Shown: one piece after another, positions 1 through 15,437 of the stretch
How the letters are laid out: every line of letters starts with the position of its first letter
Position numbering within the stretch: the stretch's first letter is position 1
Source: Eledone cirrhosa
Taxonomy: Eukaryota
Direction: 5' to 3'
Assembly (NCBI GenBank): GCA_964016885.1
Contig: OZ024747.1
Location: 47,244,001-47,308,000 of the forward strand
Length of the DNA stretch: 64,000 nt
The notes under the pieces: generated by a model
Database searches by the model: none
What the model was told of the DNA's origin: nothing
Seen by the model: the letters and a program-made list of their open reading frames with translations, nothing else
Translations under genes and position numbers: made by a program

Positions 1-1124
1 CACCAACAGCCGTGGAGCACATACCCCTCCCAGACGCCACGGAATCCGACATGGAGTCTGAAGCGGGAGTGAAGTGGCAAACGGTCTGCCACAAAAGACA
101 AAAAAGAAAGAACCCCTTAGCTTCACCCTCCAAAAGCGAAGGCACACACAGAGGGGTAAAGGCAGCAAGGAGACTTGTAGCAACACCACCACCATCACCA
201 TCACCACCACAAGCACCACCGCGAACAACAACCACACCACCACCAGCATCACCAAATACACCAACAACGCAAACACAACAAAACACACACACCCAACAGC
301 AACAAGAAGAAAACAGCAACAAAATCACCCCTCACCCCAAAAAGTACAGAGCCATAAACATGGCAAATAATGAACTCATACAACATATAAAGCAGCAAAC
401 AGACATCACAGAAAAAAACTAGTAAACCCCACCAGCACCAAGAACTCTCCCGACTAACATAAGCATCATTGATATCAAAATAGAACAGTACAAACTTTTA
501 AAACAAAAATTCCTCAACGCAGTTGGAGACTTCAGAGGGTCGGTTACTAAGAGGATTTGCACTGACATCCTCTTGGAAACACCAATGACCAGCCAAAGGG
601 ATGGTTCTACTGTCCCTTCACCACACGATCAAGGTAGGTGACTATTTCTCAATGGCCCCGTTTCTCATCCAACATGGCCGTACTTAGAATAGGTAGTATA
701 AATGTACGTGGCCTGGGGTCATCTTGGAAGCAGGGTCACCTGCTCAACGACCTCAGGTCACTAAACATAGATGTGGTGGCCATCAGCGAGACCAGAATCT
801 CCGAAGCACGAGCCTTCGCACTGATCTTCGGCGGCTACGATGTATACGCATCTCCCAGCCGTCCAGGATCGGGGTAGGGGTTGCCGTCCTTTTTCGGAGA
901 GGCTTCGAACTCGCCATACGGGCCATCTTCCTGGACCCAGAAGGTAAGTCGGTGGTGCTGGACATGACCGGCAGCGAAGGCAATGCTTCAGGTTAGTAGC
1001 CGTCTACGCCCCAACTGGGGCAGGACGACCAGATTTCTTTAGACGTCTAGAGACCTTTCTTGGAACGTCCCGCTCTTTAGTGTTAGTGGGCGACTGGAAC
1101 GGTATCTTGGATGCCCGCTGGGAT
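1..1124 (+). mobile_element. Tx1/L1-clade LINE fragment: ORF1 C-terminal part plus start of ORF2
   Basis: ORF1 tail 12-422 followed by an APE endonuclease N-terminus. Homologous to 56900-57787. Truncated at the fold-back junction 1125. Confidence 0.8.
673..1124 (+). pseudogene. APE-type endonuclease N-terminus of LINE ORF2 (frameshifted)
   Basis: MAVLRIGSINVRGL...DVVAISETR, GVAVLF, VYAP, LVLVGDWNGILD motifs spread over different frames. Confidence 0.85.
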
Positions 1125-2830
1125 TGTGTGCCTTCGCTTTTGGAGGGTGAAGCTAAGGGGTTCTTTCTTTTTTGTCTTTTGTGGCAGACCGTTTGCCACT
1201 TCACTCCCGCTTCAGACTCCATGTCGGATTCCGTGGCGTCTGGGAGGGGTATGTGCTCCACGGCTGTTGGTGGTGGTAGTGGAGCCCTCGCCGGCGATTT
1301 TGTTGCTGGTGCAATGTAGCTAATGGTGTTGCTGCTACGGATGCTGCTGCTTTAGTTTTCCTTAGCCTTGGTACGGGTGCCACGGACGTTTCCCTCCTAC
1401 TCACCGTGGAAGAGGCTTCTGCGTTTGTTGCCTGCCCTGCTCTTGGTAGCAGCGGACCAGGCATTGGAAGGAGGGCGGCCTTCTTCATCGCTGTCTTCTG
1501 CGGAGAAAAGGCCCTGAGGTGACCCTTTGACCCACAGAGATAACATTTTGGCCGTCTTCCTTCCACGCTTATAGGGAGTTGGAGTCCTTTCTCGAGGTCT
1601 ATGATATCGGGGATAGCGTCGATACACTCCTGGTCAGTTTGTATAAGCATTTGCAGGCCTATACCTGACCAGTTCTCTCTCCCTATTTTCTCTACTTGCA
1701 GCATGGTCGTCCTGTCCTCGATTCCAGCGAGGACAGACGCGGCGAGCCATGGTATGGTCACGTCGGGTGGGACCTGGGTCACTTTGACCCTCACAATTTT
1801 CTGCCCGCAGTAGGAGAGCACCAAGACTATCTCCTCACTCTTTAGGGTTTCCAAAGAGTGAGACTTTGCTTCTTGGGGGGGGGGGCTAAAAGTAAGTCTA
1901 CTGTGGCGTGCTTTCTGCCTCGGGTGATGTGGGTTTTGTGCGCCTAAACGCACCCGATGTGACATTTTGCTTACGGTGCGGTAAGTCACCGTCCGTAGCT
2001 GCTGGTCCTTGAAAAAATCGGGTGGAGGTTTCAGGGAAACTCTATTAGCGTTTCTTGTCACCATGGCCCTTGCGTCTGTGACTAACACTGTCTCGATATT
2101 TCGGGCGACACCTGCAAAAGAAGTGGTCCTTTTTTCAGCAGCTCCACTATTGATGCCGCTACTGGTCTTACTGGTGGTGCTGAGATCGCTGTTACAGGTA
2201 TCGATGTCATTGTTGATGTTTTCGTTGGTACTGTTGTTGCTGTTGTTGTTGTTGTTGTTGTTGTTGTTTTCGCTGATAGTGTTGCTGTTGTTACTGTTAT
2301 TGTGGCTGTTGTTATTATTGTTGTTTTTGTTGATACTGTTCCTACTATTATTGTTGTTGATACTGTTCCTACTATTATCCACTAGGGCGGTGGATTGGCA
2401 GTGTCGGTAGAGGGTCGGACGACATGCTTTATAGCATAGAGTTACGGTCCTTGCCATTCTGAGTTCAAATCCCGTCGAGGTTAACTTTGCCTTTCATCCT
2501 TATGGGGTCGATAAAATAAAGTACCAGTAAAACGCTGGGTAATTGCTGGCCTTGTGCCAAAAGTAGAAACAATTATTGTTGTTGTGGTTGTTGTTTTTGT
2601 TATTGTTATTGTCGTTCTCGACCTTACCGCTGTTATTTTTGTTGTTGCTGTTGTTATTGTTGGTGTTATTGTTGGTGTTATTGTTGTTTGTGTTAGTAAT
2701 ATTTGGTAATTTTAAATCTGTAACAATATCATTAAAAATGATATTGTTCCTCTTTTCCTTCGTAATATTTTCTTTTATATTTACCTTCACTAGAACTCTG
2801 TCTTGTTGACATGTTGACAAAGTCTCCCTC
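1125..2830 (-). mobile_element. Tx1/L1-clade LINE 5' part with gag-like ORF1 (inverted relative to 1-1124), interrupted by a SINE
   Basis: ORF 1201-2457 has an Asn-rich N-terminus, an RRM-like segment (KIVRVKVTQVPPDV) and a degenerate zinc knuckle CYLCGSKGHLRAFS. 1125-1272 is the reverse complement of 1-148. Confidence 0.75.
2385..2577 (+). mobile_element. tRNA-derived SINE (family A, ~190 bp)
   Basis: A-box-like TGGCAGTGTCGG, B-box GAGTTCAAATCCC, (ATT) tail; more than 15 related copies or fragments in the window. Confidence 0.85.
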
Positions 2831-2832
2831 TA

Positions 2833-2917
2833 TATCGACCCCGTAAGGATGAAAGGCAAAGTTAACCTCTATACGTCAAAGCATGGCGTCCGACCCCCTA
2901 CCGACACTGCCAATCCA
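2833..2917 (-). mobile_element. SINE family A, internally deleted copy
   Basis: Matches family A but lacks the B-box segment between TTAACCTC and TAACTCTAT. Confidence 0.7.
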
Positions 2918-2924
2918 CAATAAT

Positions 2925-3502
<578 letters not shown>

Positions 3503-3985
3503 AGATTGAGTATATGTTGGTTGTATACAAACGCTACAGGGAGCCTCACCCCAGAAAGAATTTCTATAGACTTCTGACTGAGGAATGCTCTCAAAACTGA
3601 CCAATGGGAAGTTTGACATTTTTCTGTTATTTTGTTCCTCTACCACCTTGTTCCTTCTACGACTTTACCAATTATTTAAGCTAACTCCAACAATAACAAA
3701 ACTACCAACACAAGAATTGAGGTCAGATGTACCTAACAATAACAAGAACAACAACTACAGATTGGCTTGCCTCAGAACGAATTTCTATAGACTTTTGAAT
3801 GAGGAATGTTCTAACAACTGACCAATGAGAGGAGAAGAGGCCATTTGACGCTGAAATTCGTTTATTTGAATTCATATGAATCCAGTTCCTCAGTGAAATA
3901 ACAACCCAACCAGGAACTGGGCATATCAGAGTATTGACAAAATTATACACCTCAACAACATATGTACTTGTCTATACCACACTAA

Positions 3986-4036
3986 TGCCTGAAGAGGTCA
4001 CAGCCAAAGATGGCTGTCACCGAAATATATATAGCA
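3986..4036 (+). ncRNA. Type I hammerhead ribozyme motif in a Penelope-LTR-like segment (~3505-4090)
   Basis: UGC-CUGAAGA-GGUcACAGCCA aaga UGGCUGUcACC-GAAAUAUAUAUA/GCA, with AATAAA immediately downstream. Confidence 0.7.
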
Positions 4037-4091
4037 GTAATAAACGAAGCTAAATTTTAAACATTTGACTTATTTATTTTACTTTATTTTA

Positions 4092-4132
<41 letters not shown>

Positions 4133-4238
4133 TAGTAATACACTGGGTAATTGCTGGCCTTGTGCCTAAATTAGAAACAATTATTATTATTATTATTATT
4201 AATAATAATAATAATATTATATATATATATTAATAATA

Positions 4239-4294
<56 letters not shown>

Positions 4295-4401
4295 ATAATA
4301 AAAAATTTGAAGACTAACATCCAAAGAGGGCTCGATAAGGATAAATATATATCAAATATATAAGAACCGTAGAGCAAATATTTATTAAAATAACAGATTA
4401 A

Positions 4402-4452
4402 AGTTTAAGCAAAGAATCGCTGCTTTCACCCTTAACGGGATCTTCTGAAACT
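4402..4452 (-). ncRNA. Hammerhead-like motif with variant core CAGAAGA
   Basis: AGUUU-CAGAAGA-uCCC guuaa GGGu-GAA-AGCA..UGCU-U/AAACU; all three stems pair. Confidence 0.55.
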
Positions 4453-5314
4453 AACAAAGTCAATCTGTGAACGCAGAAGTGAATATTTCAAAAAACGTTG
4501 TAACCGGAGGAAAACAGGAAGGCGATACTTTGGTTCGTGGAACGTTCCCTGGCAAAGAACGGGAAAAAACGAATATATACGTCATTATTTGGAGCGGTGA
4601 AACACAATTACACGCAAAGACAAAACCACGTTTATGGTATAAAAGAAGTCGTAGACTAATATTCTCTTAGGTGGTTCATAGAGACGTTCTCTGGCAATGA
4701 ACGGAAAAAACGAAGATAATACGTCATATGTGGGGCAAAGACAAAACCACGTAAATGGTATAACTGAAGTCGTAGACGAAAATTCTAACTTGGAAACCGA
4801 ATGATTCTCGGCTTCAGAGTTAAGAATAAAGTAAATAAAAAACAGAGGTAATTGAAGTTAAAGAAATACATACACGCATCCATATACGTACATACACAAG
4901 CAGACGCGAAAACACTCGCCATAGGTATACAAATACACGCACATATAAATATGTGTGTGTGTGCGTGTATACAAGTAATTAAATAAACGTATATAAATAA
5001 ATAAATACGTATATAACAAGCGCACACACATACCTACATGTAAATACACATATGTTCGGAGAACGACGTCAACCAAAACACGAAGTACACATATACACAC
5101 ACCCTACATAGGTACGAACCCGCATACTCACACAGACGCAAAACTCACGTATACACATAACCAAAAGCATATGTACCAGAATATATAAAATATACGCCAT
5201 AACATATACAATCAAATATACGTACAAGAAAGTATATGTACCTTCACAAAACATACAGGTAATATATACTTACCTATGCAAATAAGTAATGGTATAAACA
5301 TAAGATATACTTAG

Positions 5315-6463
5315 CTACCACATCAAGACGTAAAATATCCACGTATAGATCGTACTATCCGTTAGGGTATAATGTGTGGCTGTAATACAGGAAAGTTTTG
5401 TGCAATTTATGTTTAAAGCCGAAATTGCCTCAGATTTTTTGTTTAAGATGTGGTTTATGGCGTAGAGTATTTCCAGGGCCTCAGCGGCGCAGAGGTCACA
5501 TGGTCTTTTATTTCCGTTATACGATCTAGCCCTAGCTAGGATCTCCCAGTGTAACTTATATTGTGTGTGGTTGTCTTTTAGACTCCAGATATAAGTTGAA
5601 AGTGACGTCATATTCCTTCTAAGAGGGTAACGAAAAGAATGGGTATGCATGTAAAGACGCTGCTTGAATCTATTGGCAGTTAACCCTAAGTAGACACTAC
5701 GGGACGTGGGTGTTTCAACCTTACATTTGGAGACAATGTTACTAGAGAGGCGTTTCTCGGATAGGGGGCAATCAACCCGATTCCTACAATTACAGTTCGT
5801 ACTAACTACAGGGTTGCACGTCTTCCTATGGCTAGGTAGTTTAGCTAAATTAGAAGCTGTGATGTTATATGCAAGGTTAGGAGTCGTAGAGTAAGAAATT
5901 TTAATAGTATTTCTATTAAAAATGTTACTATATTTATGTGTAGGGGGAAAATGCTTCGTAATAAGGGATAGAAAGATCTTAGCTAATGGTGTGGCCACCT
6001 CCATATTATATGGTGGGTTATACCATATAATGCGTCGGGATCTATTTCTTCTAGGTCTATTCTCGTACTCTGTATATGCTACCTTATCGACAAATCCACT
6101 CCGAGCAAGAGCTTCATTGTAATATGTGGAATGGTCGTTGAAAATATGCTCGTTAGTAGATAGACGGGAAAGCCTCAAAGAAACGTTTCTTACCAGGTTC
6201 TTGGTTATGCTGGCAGGATGGTTAGAATGCTTACTTATGTAATTAAGCGTATCATTCGGCTTTCTATACGGGTAATACAAGCCATCCGATAAATTAAGGG
6301 TAACGTCGAGGTAATTAACGACCGAGAGGTTGGCCTCAAACTGAATAGAGAGATTGAAGCCTTTAAAGAAGGCTGTGAGTTCTTTTCTGAACCTGTCGCA
6401 AGCACGTGGGCCGCACTTAGTCATGGTCAAAAGACCATCATCACGGTACAAACCACCGCCCAC
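5315..6463 (-). pseudogene. Penelope-like reverse transcriptase C-terminus plus GIY-YIG endonuclease
   Basis: GLYRDDGL, YLDVTL, PYRKPN..YI...SNHP, linker CNCRNRVDC (CxCx5C), YLGLT...FKQR..H, CDLC..E, LNKKSE. Truncated just before YRDD. Confidence 0.9.
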
Positions 6464-6785
6464 TCCACCTTGGCGTTCTATAGAGGATTAGTGGAGGGGA
6501 AGAGCGGTGACGTATCATCTTTGTTTTTTCCGTTTATTGCCAGAGAACGTCTCTATGAACCATCTAAGAGAAGATTAGTCTACGACTTCTTTTATACCAT
6601 AAACGTGGTTTTGTCTTTGCGTGTAATTGTTTTTCACCGCTCCAAATAATGACGTATTATATTGGTGTTTTTTCCCGTTCTTTATCAGGGAACGTTTCCA
6701 CGAACCAATATATCGTCTTCCTGTCCTCCTCCGGTTACAACGTTTTTTGAAATATTCACTTCTGCGTTCACAGATTGACTTTGTT

Positions 6786-6836
6786 AGTTTCAGAAGTTCC
6801 CATTAAGGGTGAAAGCAGCGATTCTTTGCTTAAACT
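6786..6836 (+). ncRNA. Inverted copy of the variant hammerhead (core CAGAAGU)
   Basis: Reverse complement of 4402-4452 with 2 changes. Confidence 0.45.
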
Positions 6837-6857
6837 TTAATCTGTTATTTTAATAAA

Positions 6858-6906
<49 letters not shown>

Positions 6907-6956
6907 ATTATTGTGCCAAATGTAGAAACAATTATTATTATTATTAATATATTAAT

Positions 6957-8055
6957 ACCGTGGCTGATGATGCGCAGACACGCGCTCAGGCTACGACATC
7001 TCCACCTCTTCCTCGACGGTGATCAGGTGTGGTCTTTCCCCAGCTCGTCTCCTTGACGGAGCTGCAGTCCTGGGTCAAGCGAAGACCGAGAGGGATCGCT
7101 TGGAGACTGGAATGTCTTCAGGCGCTCACGGCCCTTGACCAGTCGGGCAATGTGATCGGTGGAAACTCCCCCTTGGCGTTCTATAGAGGATTAGTGGAGG
7201 GGGAGAGCGACGACGTACTTGGGGAAACTCTATGCGTCGACGAAAATCAACTAGCCAATCTCTACGGAAGAACTTTCGGGCCGCGGCTTATGGACAATTT
7301 CCAGAAATCCCTGGCCTAGCAGTGCAACCGAGGAGCTTTGCCAGTTCGGGATAAACATGGATGTGCCGTCACCCGGGCATGTCCGAGATGTGCGCTGGGC
7401 AACGAAATCGTCCTGCATGCGCTCGTCCAGTGTCCGAGCATTGCTGACTTGTGGGTTTATGTCGAACGCCTGCTGTCGCGTGTAAAACGGATCCGGCTAT
7501 CAGCTGAGTCCATCGTGAGGATTGCCCCGCCCTCTTCCTTTAGCCGGGAAGGGCAGGCAATGTTCATCTGTCTGGTGGCCATGGTGAAAGAGATAGTATG
7601 GTGGACACGTCTGAAAGGGCTGAAGACGAGCACTTACCTCTTCGGTGATGCCCTGATTAACATTTTCAAATTTCATTTAAAAAGGAAAATCAGGGTAGAG
7701 AGGGAAGTACTCTTTTCCCAGTATTTTGTTGAAAGATGTGTGAGAGAGGCAAGAATGGCCCGTGTGAATGGGCTTACTCTGAGTATGTGCCTGTAAATTG
7801 TAGGTGGAAAACTGGGAGTGGGCACTTGCCCTGGTGGTCAGGGTCACCGTGGCTTTTTTTTTAATGGGCTTTCTCCACGAATGTCCCTCGGAAGTCTCCC
7901 CCCTATTGGGGAATTTTTCATTGTTTCTTTTTTTGTTACATCCTATGTTATTTTGTTTTTTTACACGCAGAAATGCCCATTTGCACCGTCCTGTATTGTC
8001 CTGTACTGTCCTTAATGTCTACTTTGTGTAAACCCTTGTGGTTAATAAAGAAAGC
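6957..8055 (+). mobile_element. Tx1/L1-clade LINE 3' fragment (ORF2 C-terminal zinc-finger region plus 3' UTR)
   Basis: CPRC...E..LHALVQC zf-RVT-like motif with stops; AATAAA at 8044; candidate low-complexity TSD ATTATTAATATATTA at 6940-6954 and 8056-8070. Confidence 0.8.
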
Positions 8056-8145
8056 ATTATTAATATATTACTAATAATAATAATAATAATAATATATATA
8101 TATATAATATTATTATTATTATTATTATTAATATATTAATAATAG

Positions 8146-8207
<62 letters not shown>

Positions 8208-8522
8208 GAAATGTTGATGCAATTGCCTTCAACAACTCAACGAATTTTTTCAGATATATATATATAACGGCCTTTCAATAAAGGAAATTTAACATCTGAA
8301 CTACTTTGCATATCATTATTCCGTATGCCCTCTAGTGTTCCCTTTGCGGGTCTTTATTCATCGGACAAACAGGACGCCGTATGGCGGACTGTTTTGCTGA
8401 GCATTTGAGGGTACACACCCTTATATTAACATACTTTAGCTCATAGTTTCGTACTTACATGCACACACATTCTTTTACTTACATATACACACACATTTCT
8501 TCTTAGCTTCATACGGGCGTAT

Positions 8523-8638
<116 letters not shown>

Positions 8639-8759
8639 ACAAGTATAGCTCTTTTTGCAAAACGTTTTTTTTTTTCCATTTCAAGTAGACGCGCCCCATC
8701 ATCCACTTTTCTAAAAAATAAATCATACACAAAACGCCAGCATCAACAGTTTTGCAAGC

Positions 8760-8973
8760 GATGTCAACATGAATGGACCTGTTATTTTTATCTAAAGACA
8801 TTTTTTCCAATTCCAACCCGCCTGTTCCCTCAATCTATCTTATTTCTCATTCTTTCTTCTGGTGAAGGACTAGCGTCCGAAACGCTAAGTCCCTCTTCCT
8901 GCTGTATCAAGCGTTAACCTAATATATCCCTTCCATATACTGTACCGATTGTGTTATTATTTCTGTTTACCTT
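8760..8973 (+). mobile_element. Short HHR-bearing repeat (mutated core CUGGUGA at 8859)
   Basis: Inverted homologue of 23268-23485, where the core is intact. Confidence 0.65.
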
Positions 8974-9584
8974 TTACATATATTTATACATACGTATTAC
9001 ATATATATACATACGTATATTGTGTATGTACATCGTACATACACAATGTATGTACATCGTACATACACAAATACGTTTATTTAGTTGAGGGAGCTGTTTG
9101 AGTACATGTATATTCACATATATATTTGTGAATATTTCTGTATGTGTGTGCGCGCGCATACATTGAAATTTAAACAACGGGCATAAATACGTAAATAATT
9201 GGGTATGCCGAGGTGTAGCTGGACATCTATTCTAGCGAGTTCTGTCGGCTGAAGAGAGAGTGGGAGGGGTGGGTGAGTAGACAGATAGGGAGTAGGAGAC
9301 AGAGGGAGAGGGATAGAGGTGACGTCACTAAAAGATAAACCACGTGATATAATAAAAGTTGGACGGAAAATATTTGATAAAGAAACTAATTGTCTCCATC
9401 ACCAAAAACAATGAAAGGTTACAGGAAAAGGTCAGGGTTGAGGAGATTAATACGGCGCTCGTCTCCACACCTTCCATACACACACACACACATATATACA
9501 TATATATAGAGAGAGATATATACATATATATATACATATATATACATATATATACATATATATATATGTATACATATATATATA

Positions 9585-10230
9585 TAAACATACAAATAAA
9601 CATATACATAGAGACATATATATAGACATACAAATAAACATATATATAGAGACATATATATAGACATACAAATAAACATATATATAGAGACATATATATA
9701 GATAGACATACAAATAAACATATATATAGAGACATATATATAGACATACAAATAAACATATATATAGAGACATATATATAGATAGACATACAAATAAACA
9801 TATATATAGAGACATATATATAGATAGACATACAAATAAACATATTTATAGAGACATATATATAGATAGACATACAAATAAACATATATATATAGACATA
9901 TATATAGACATACAAATAAACATATATATAGAGACATATATATAGATAGACATACAAATAAACATATTTATAGAGACATATATATAGATAGACATACAAA
10001 TAAACATATATATATAGACATATATACAGACATACAAATAAACATATATATAGAGACATATATATAGATAGACATACAAATAAACATATATATATAGACA
10101 TATATATAGATAGACATACAAATAAACATATATATATAGACATATATATAGATAGACATACAAATAAACATATATATATAGACATATATATAGACATACA
10201 AATAAACATATATATAGAGACATATATATA
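9585..10230. repeat. ~36-42-bp AT-rich minisatellite (ACATACAAATAAACATATATATAGAG...)
   Basis: Direct reading. Confidence 0.9.
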
Positions 10231-10559
10231 TATACATACATATACATGTCTATACATACATACATACACACATACATACATACATGGATACATACATACA
10301 TATATGCACATACGGTCAGAAACATACTCAAGAAAAGTTCAATCTTATAAACTAGATTCACCTGAAGACTTGAAACGTCTTCGGATGAAGATTGTATCTT
10401 TAGATAACAAGAGAGGTTTTCGTTGGCTCTAGCCAATGTATTTATATGTATGTACTGTCCGATATACTTGAACGCTCGCGTGTACTATGTGTATGTACAT
10501 TTGTATATCTATATATGTGTGTGCGGAGAGTGTATATGTGTGTGGGTGTGCGTTTGTGT

Positions 10560-13200
<2,641 letters not shown>

Positions 13201-13409
13201 TATGTATATGTGAATGCATATTTGCGTTGTATTTTTGTATTCTTTGATGGTAGGACATTTTGTCATTCTAAAGATTACCATTAACGAAAATAATATCAGA
13301 CAGAAGTATTTGTTTGTTTCGCTTAGTTGTTTTATTGTGTTTTTTGTGTTTAGTATTTATAGTTTATGAGAGAATTAAAAGACAACAGCATCATGAATAA
13401 CAAAACAAA

Positions 13410-13650
13410 ATAGTTAAAAAGTTTGCTTCCCAATCATTAGGTCCCAGGGTCGAACCCACTCCACGCCATCTTCAGAATGTGTCAATTAACATAGCCTCAG
13501 TGCTATAATTGAGTAGTGGGGAATTATTTGAAAGAGGTACTCTTGTCACATACTGTGTCATGCTGAATCTCCCTGAGAATTAATTTAAGAGTACATATGT
13601 CTCGAATGATCAATTACGTACACGTTAATTTCATGAGAAAGTTCTGTCAT
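13410..13650 (+). mobile_element. Diverged tRNA-derived SINE (family B)
   Basis: B-box-like GGGTCGAACCC; related copies near 26755-26945(-), 32270-32520(+), 46700-47030(-). Confidence 0.55.
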
Positions 13651-13651
13651 T

Positions 13652-13872
13652 AGGGTCGGACGCCATGCTTTGCAGCAAAGAGTTACGGCTCTTTATGGTC
13701 TGAGTTCAAATCCCGCCGAGGTTAACTTTGCCTTTCATCCTTACAGGGTCGATAATATAAAGTACCAGTAATACACTGGGATAATTGCTGGCCTTGTGCC
13801 AAAAGAAGAAATTATTATTTCAAGAACTGGAGTTCAAATTCCGCCGAGGTTAACTTTGCCTTTCATCCTTAT
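13652..13872 (+). mobile_element. SINE family A copy plus partial duplicate
   Basis: Sequence match to 2385-2577. Confidence 0.8.
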
Positions 13873-13874
13873 CT

Positions 13875-14170
13875 AGCTGGTGGTGTGTTAAAGATAGAAA
13901 ACAAGCCAGTGGTTGTTAAAGTCCTCAACTTAGCTTATGATGTACTAAAGACTCCAGGACCAGCTAGTGGTGTGTTAAGACACACAATTATCTGGCAGTG
14001 AAGAAAAGACAACCAACTAGCTGATAGTGTACTAACGACCCCAGGACCAACTGGTGGTGTGTTAAGACACACAATTATCTGGCAGTGAAGAAAAGACACC
14101 CAACTAGCTGATAGTGTACTAAAGACGCCTAAGTAGCTGGTAATGTTCTAAAGACACCAATGACCAGTTA
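13875..14170. repeat. Degenerate ~29-bp minisatellite with 87-bp higher-order period
   Basis: GACACACAATTATCTGGC at 13979 and 14066. Confidence 0.7.
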
Positions 14171-14678
14171 TTAGTCTTAAACTGTGTGATGGATTACGTT
14201 TACCATCTCAAATTTAGAAATGCAAGTGATGCTAGTATTTTTGGTTTGACTAATATCAGTTCAAGTCAAACAGACATGTTACACCCAAGTATACAGTGAA
14301 AGGTCTAGTTTTGATACACGGACGTATAGCTTCAGACACTGGTTAGCTAAAGATAACACTGTGGAGGTAAAGGTAATAGGAACGGTGGTGATAATGATAG
14401 TGGTGGTGATATTAGATGAGTAATATATTTGAAGTTATACTTTTATTGCGGCCATTTTTGTTGCCGTTATTATTGACATTGTTCTTGTTGATAGTAGTAA
14501 TAGTAGACTCATGGCAACTTAGTCATGCTGAAATCATTGTTGCAACTGTTGTTGTTGCTATTGTTGTGTCACGTGATATCGTGAAATGCCTTTTCGCGGC
14601 TACCTTCAAAGATTCCTTTCTTATTCACCTACTGACCGCAATAATAGTACTACCAATGGAAACATTAGCAACAGCACC

Positions 14679-14739
<61 letters not shown>

Positions 14740-14829
14740 TAGTAGTAGTAGGTCGGTAATTACAAAGTACACTTAATTACCCATCTCTAAAGTGCTTCTT
14801 GACCGGTGACCATACAAACACCAGCCAAT

Positions 14830-14888
<59 letters not shown>

Positions 14889-15318
14889 CACACATTGCTC
14901 GCACGATTAGACACACCACAATCCCTCCCCAGACCACAGGTATTTCTTCGCCCTCCCTCATCTATCGTTCTTTCATTCTTTGTCTCAAGGATAATTCTAC
15001 ACATAGTTCGATATAGCATTATTGATCTTTAAGTCAATCTCGCCAACAGCTAGGAAGCTCTAGAACAAGCATTCTGCTCAATCGTATATTTAATACTACA
15101 AGTTCTCCCTCCCGCTCCCTCTATCTCTCTCTTACACACACACATTCACACACATATACATACATACACGCATACACGCACACACACACAGACACATATA
15201 TATATACATATGTATGTATATAGATATAAAATATATATGTATGTATATAGATATAAAATATATATGTATATATATATATATAAAATATATATGTATATAT
15301 ATATAAAAAATATGTATG

Positions 15319-15437
<119 letters not shown>

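Larger units (their letters stand above)
4376..6860 (-). mobile_element. Penelope-like retroelement (probably Naiad clade), 5'-truncated, with 3' pseudo-LTR and inverted 5' LTR copy
   Basis: RT/GIY-YIG ORF. 6509-6855 is an inverted copy of 4381-4725. HHR-like motif in both repeats; AT-microsatellite flanks. Confidence 0.85.

Noticed and set aside
2009-2809. Leu-rich membrane protein ORFs on the plus strand
   Set aside because: Antisense reading of the (AAC)n tract of LINE ORF1
5315-6463. Selenocysteine-recoded Penelope ORF
   Set aside because: No in-frame TGA; the linker cysteines use TGT/TGC
10361-10385. CUGAAGA-CUU-GAAACGUC hammerhead-like string
   Set aside because: Stem II is absent and stem I does not pair; at best a decayed remnant
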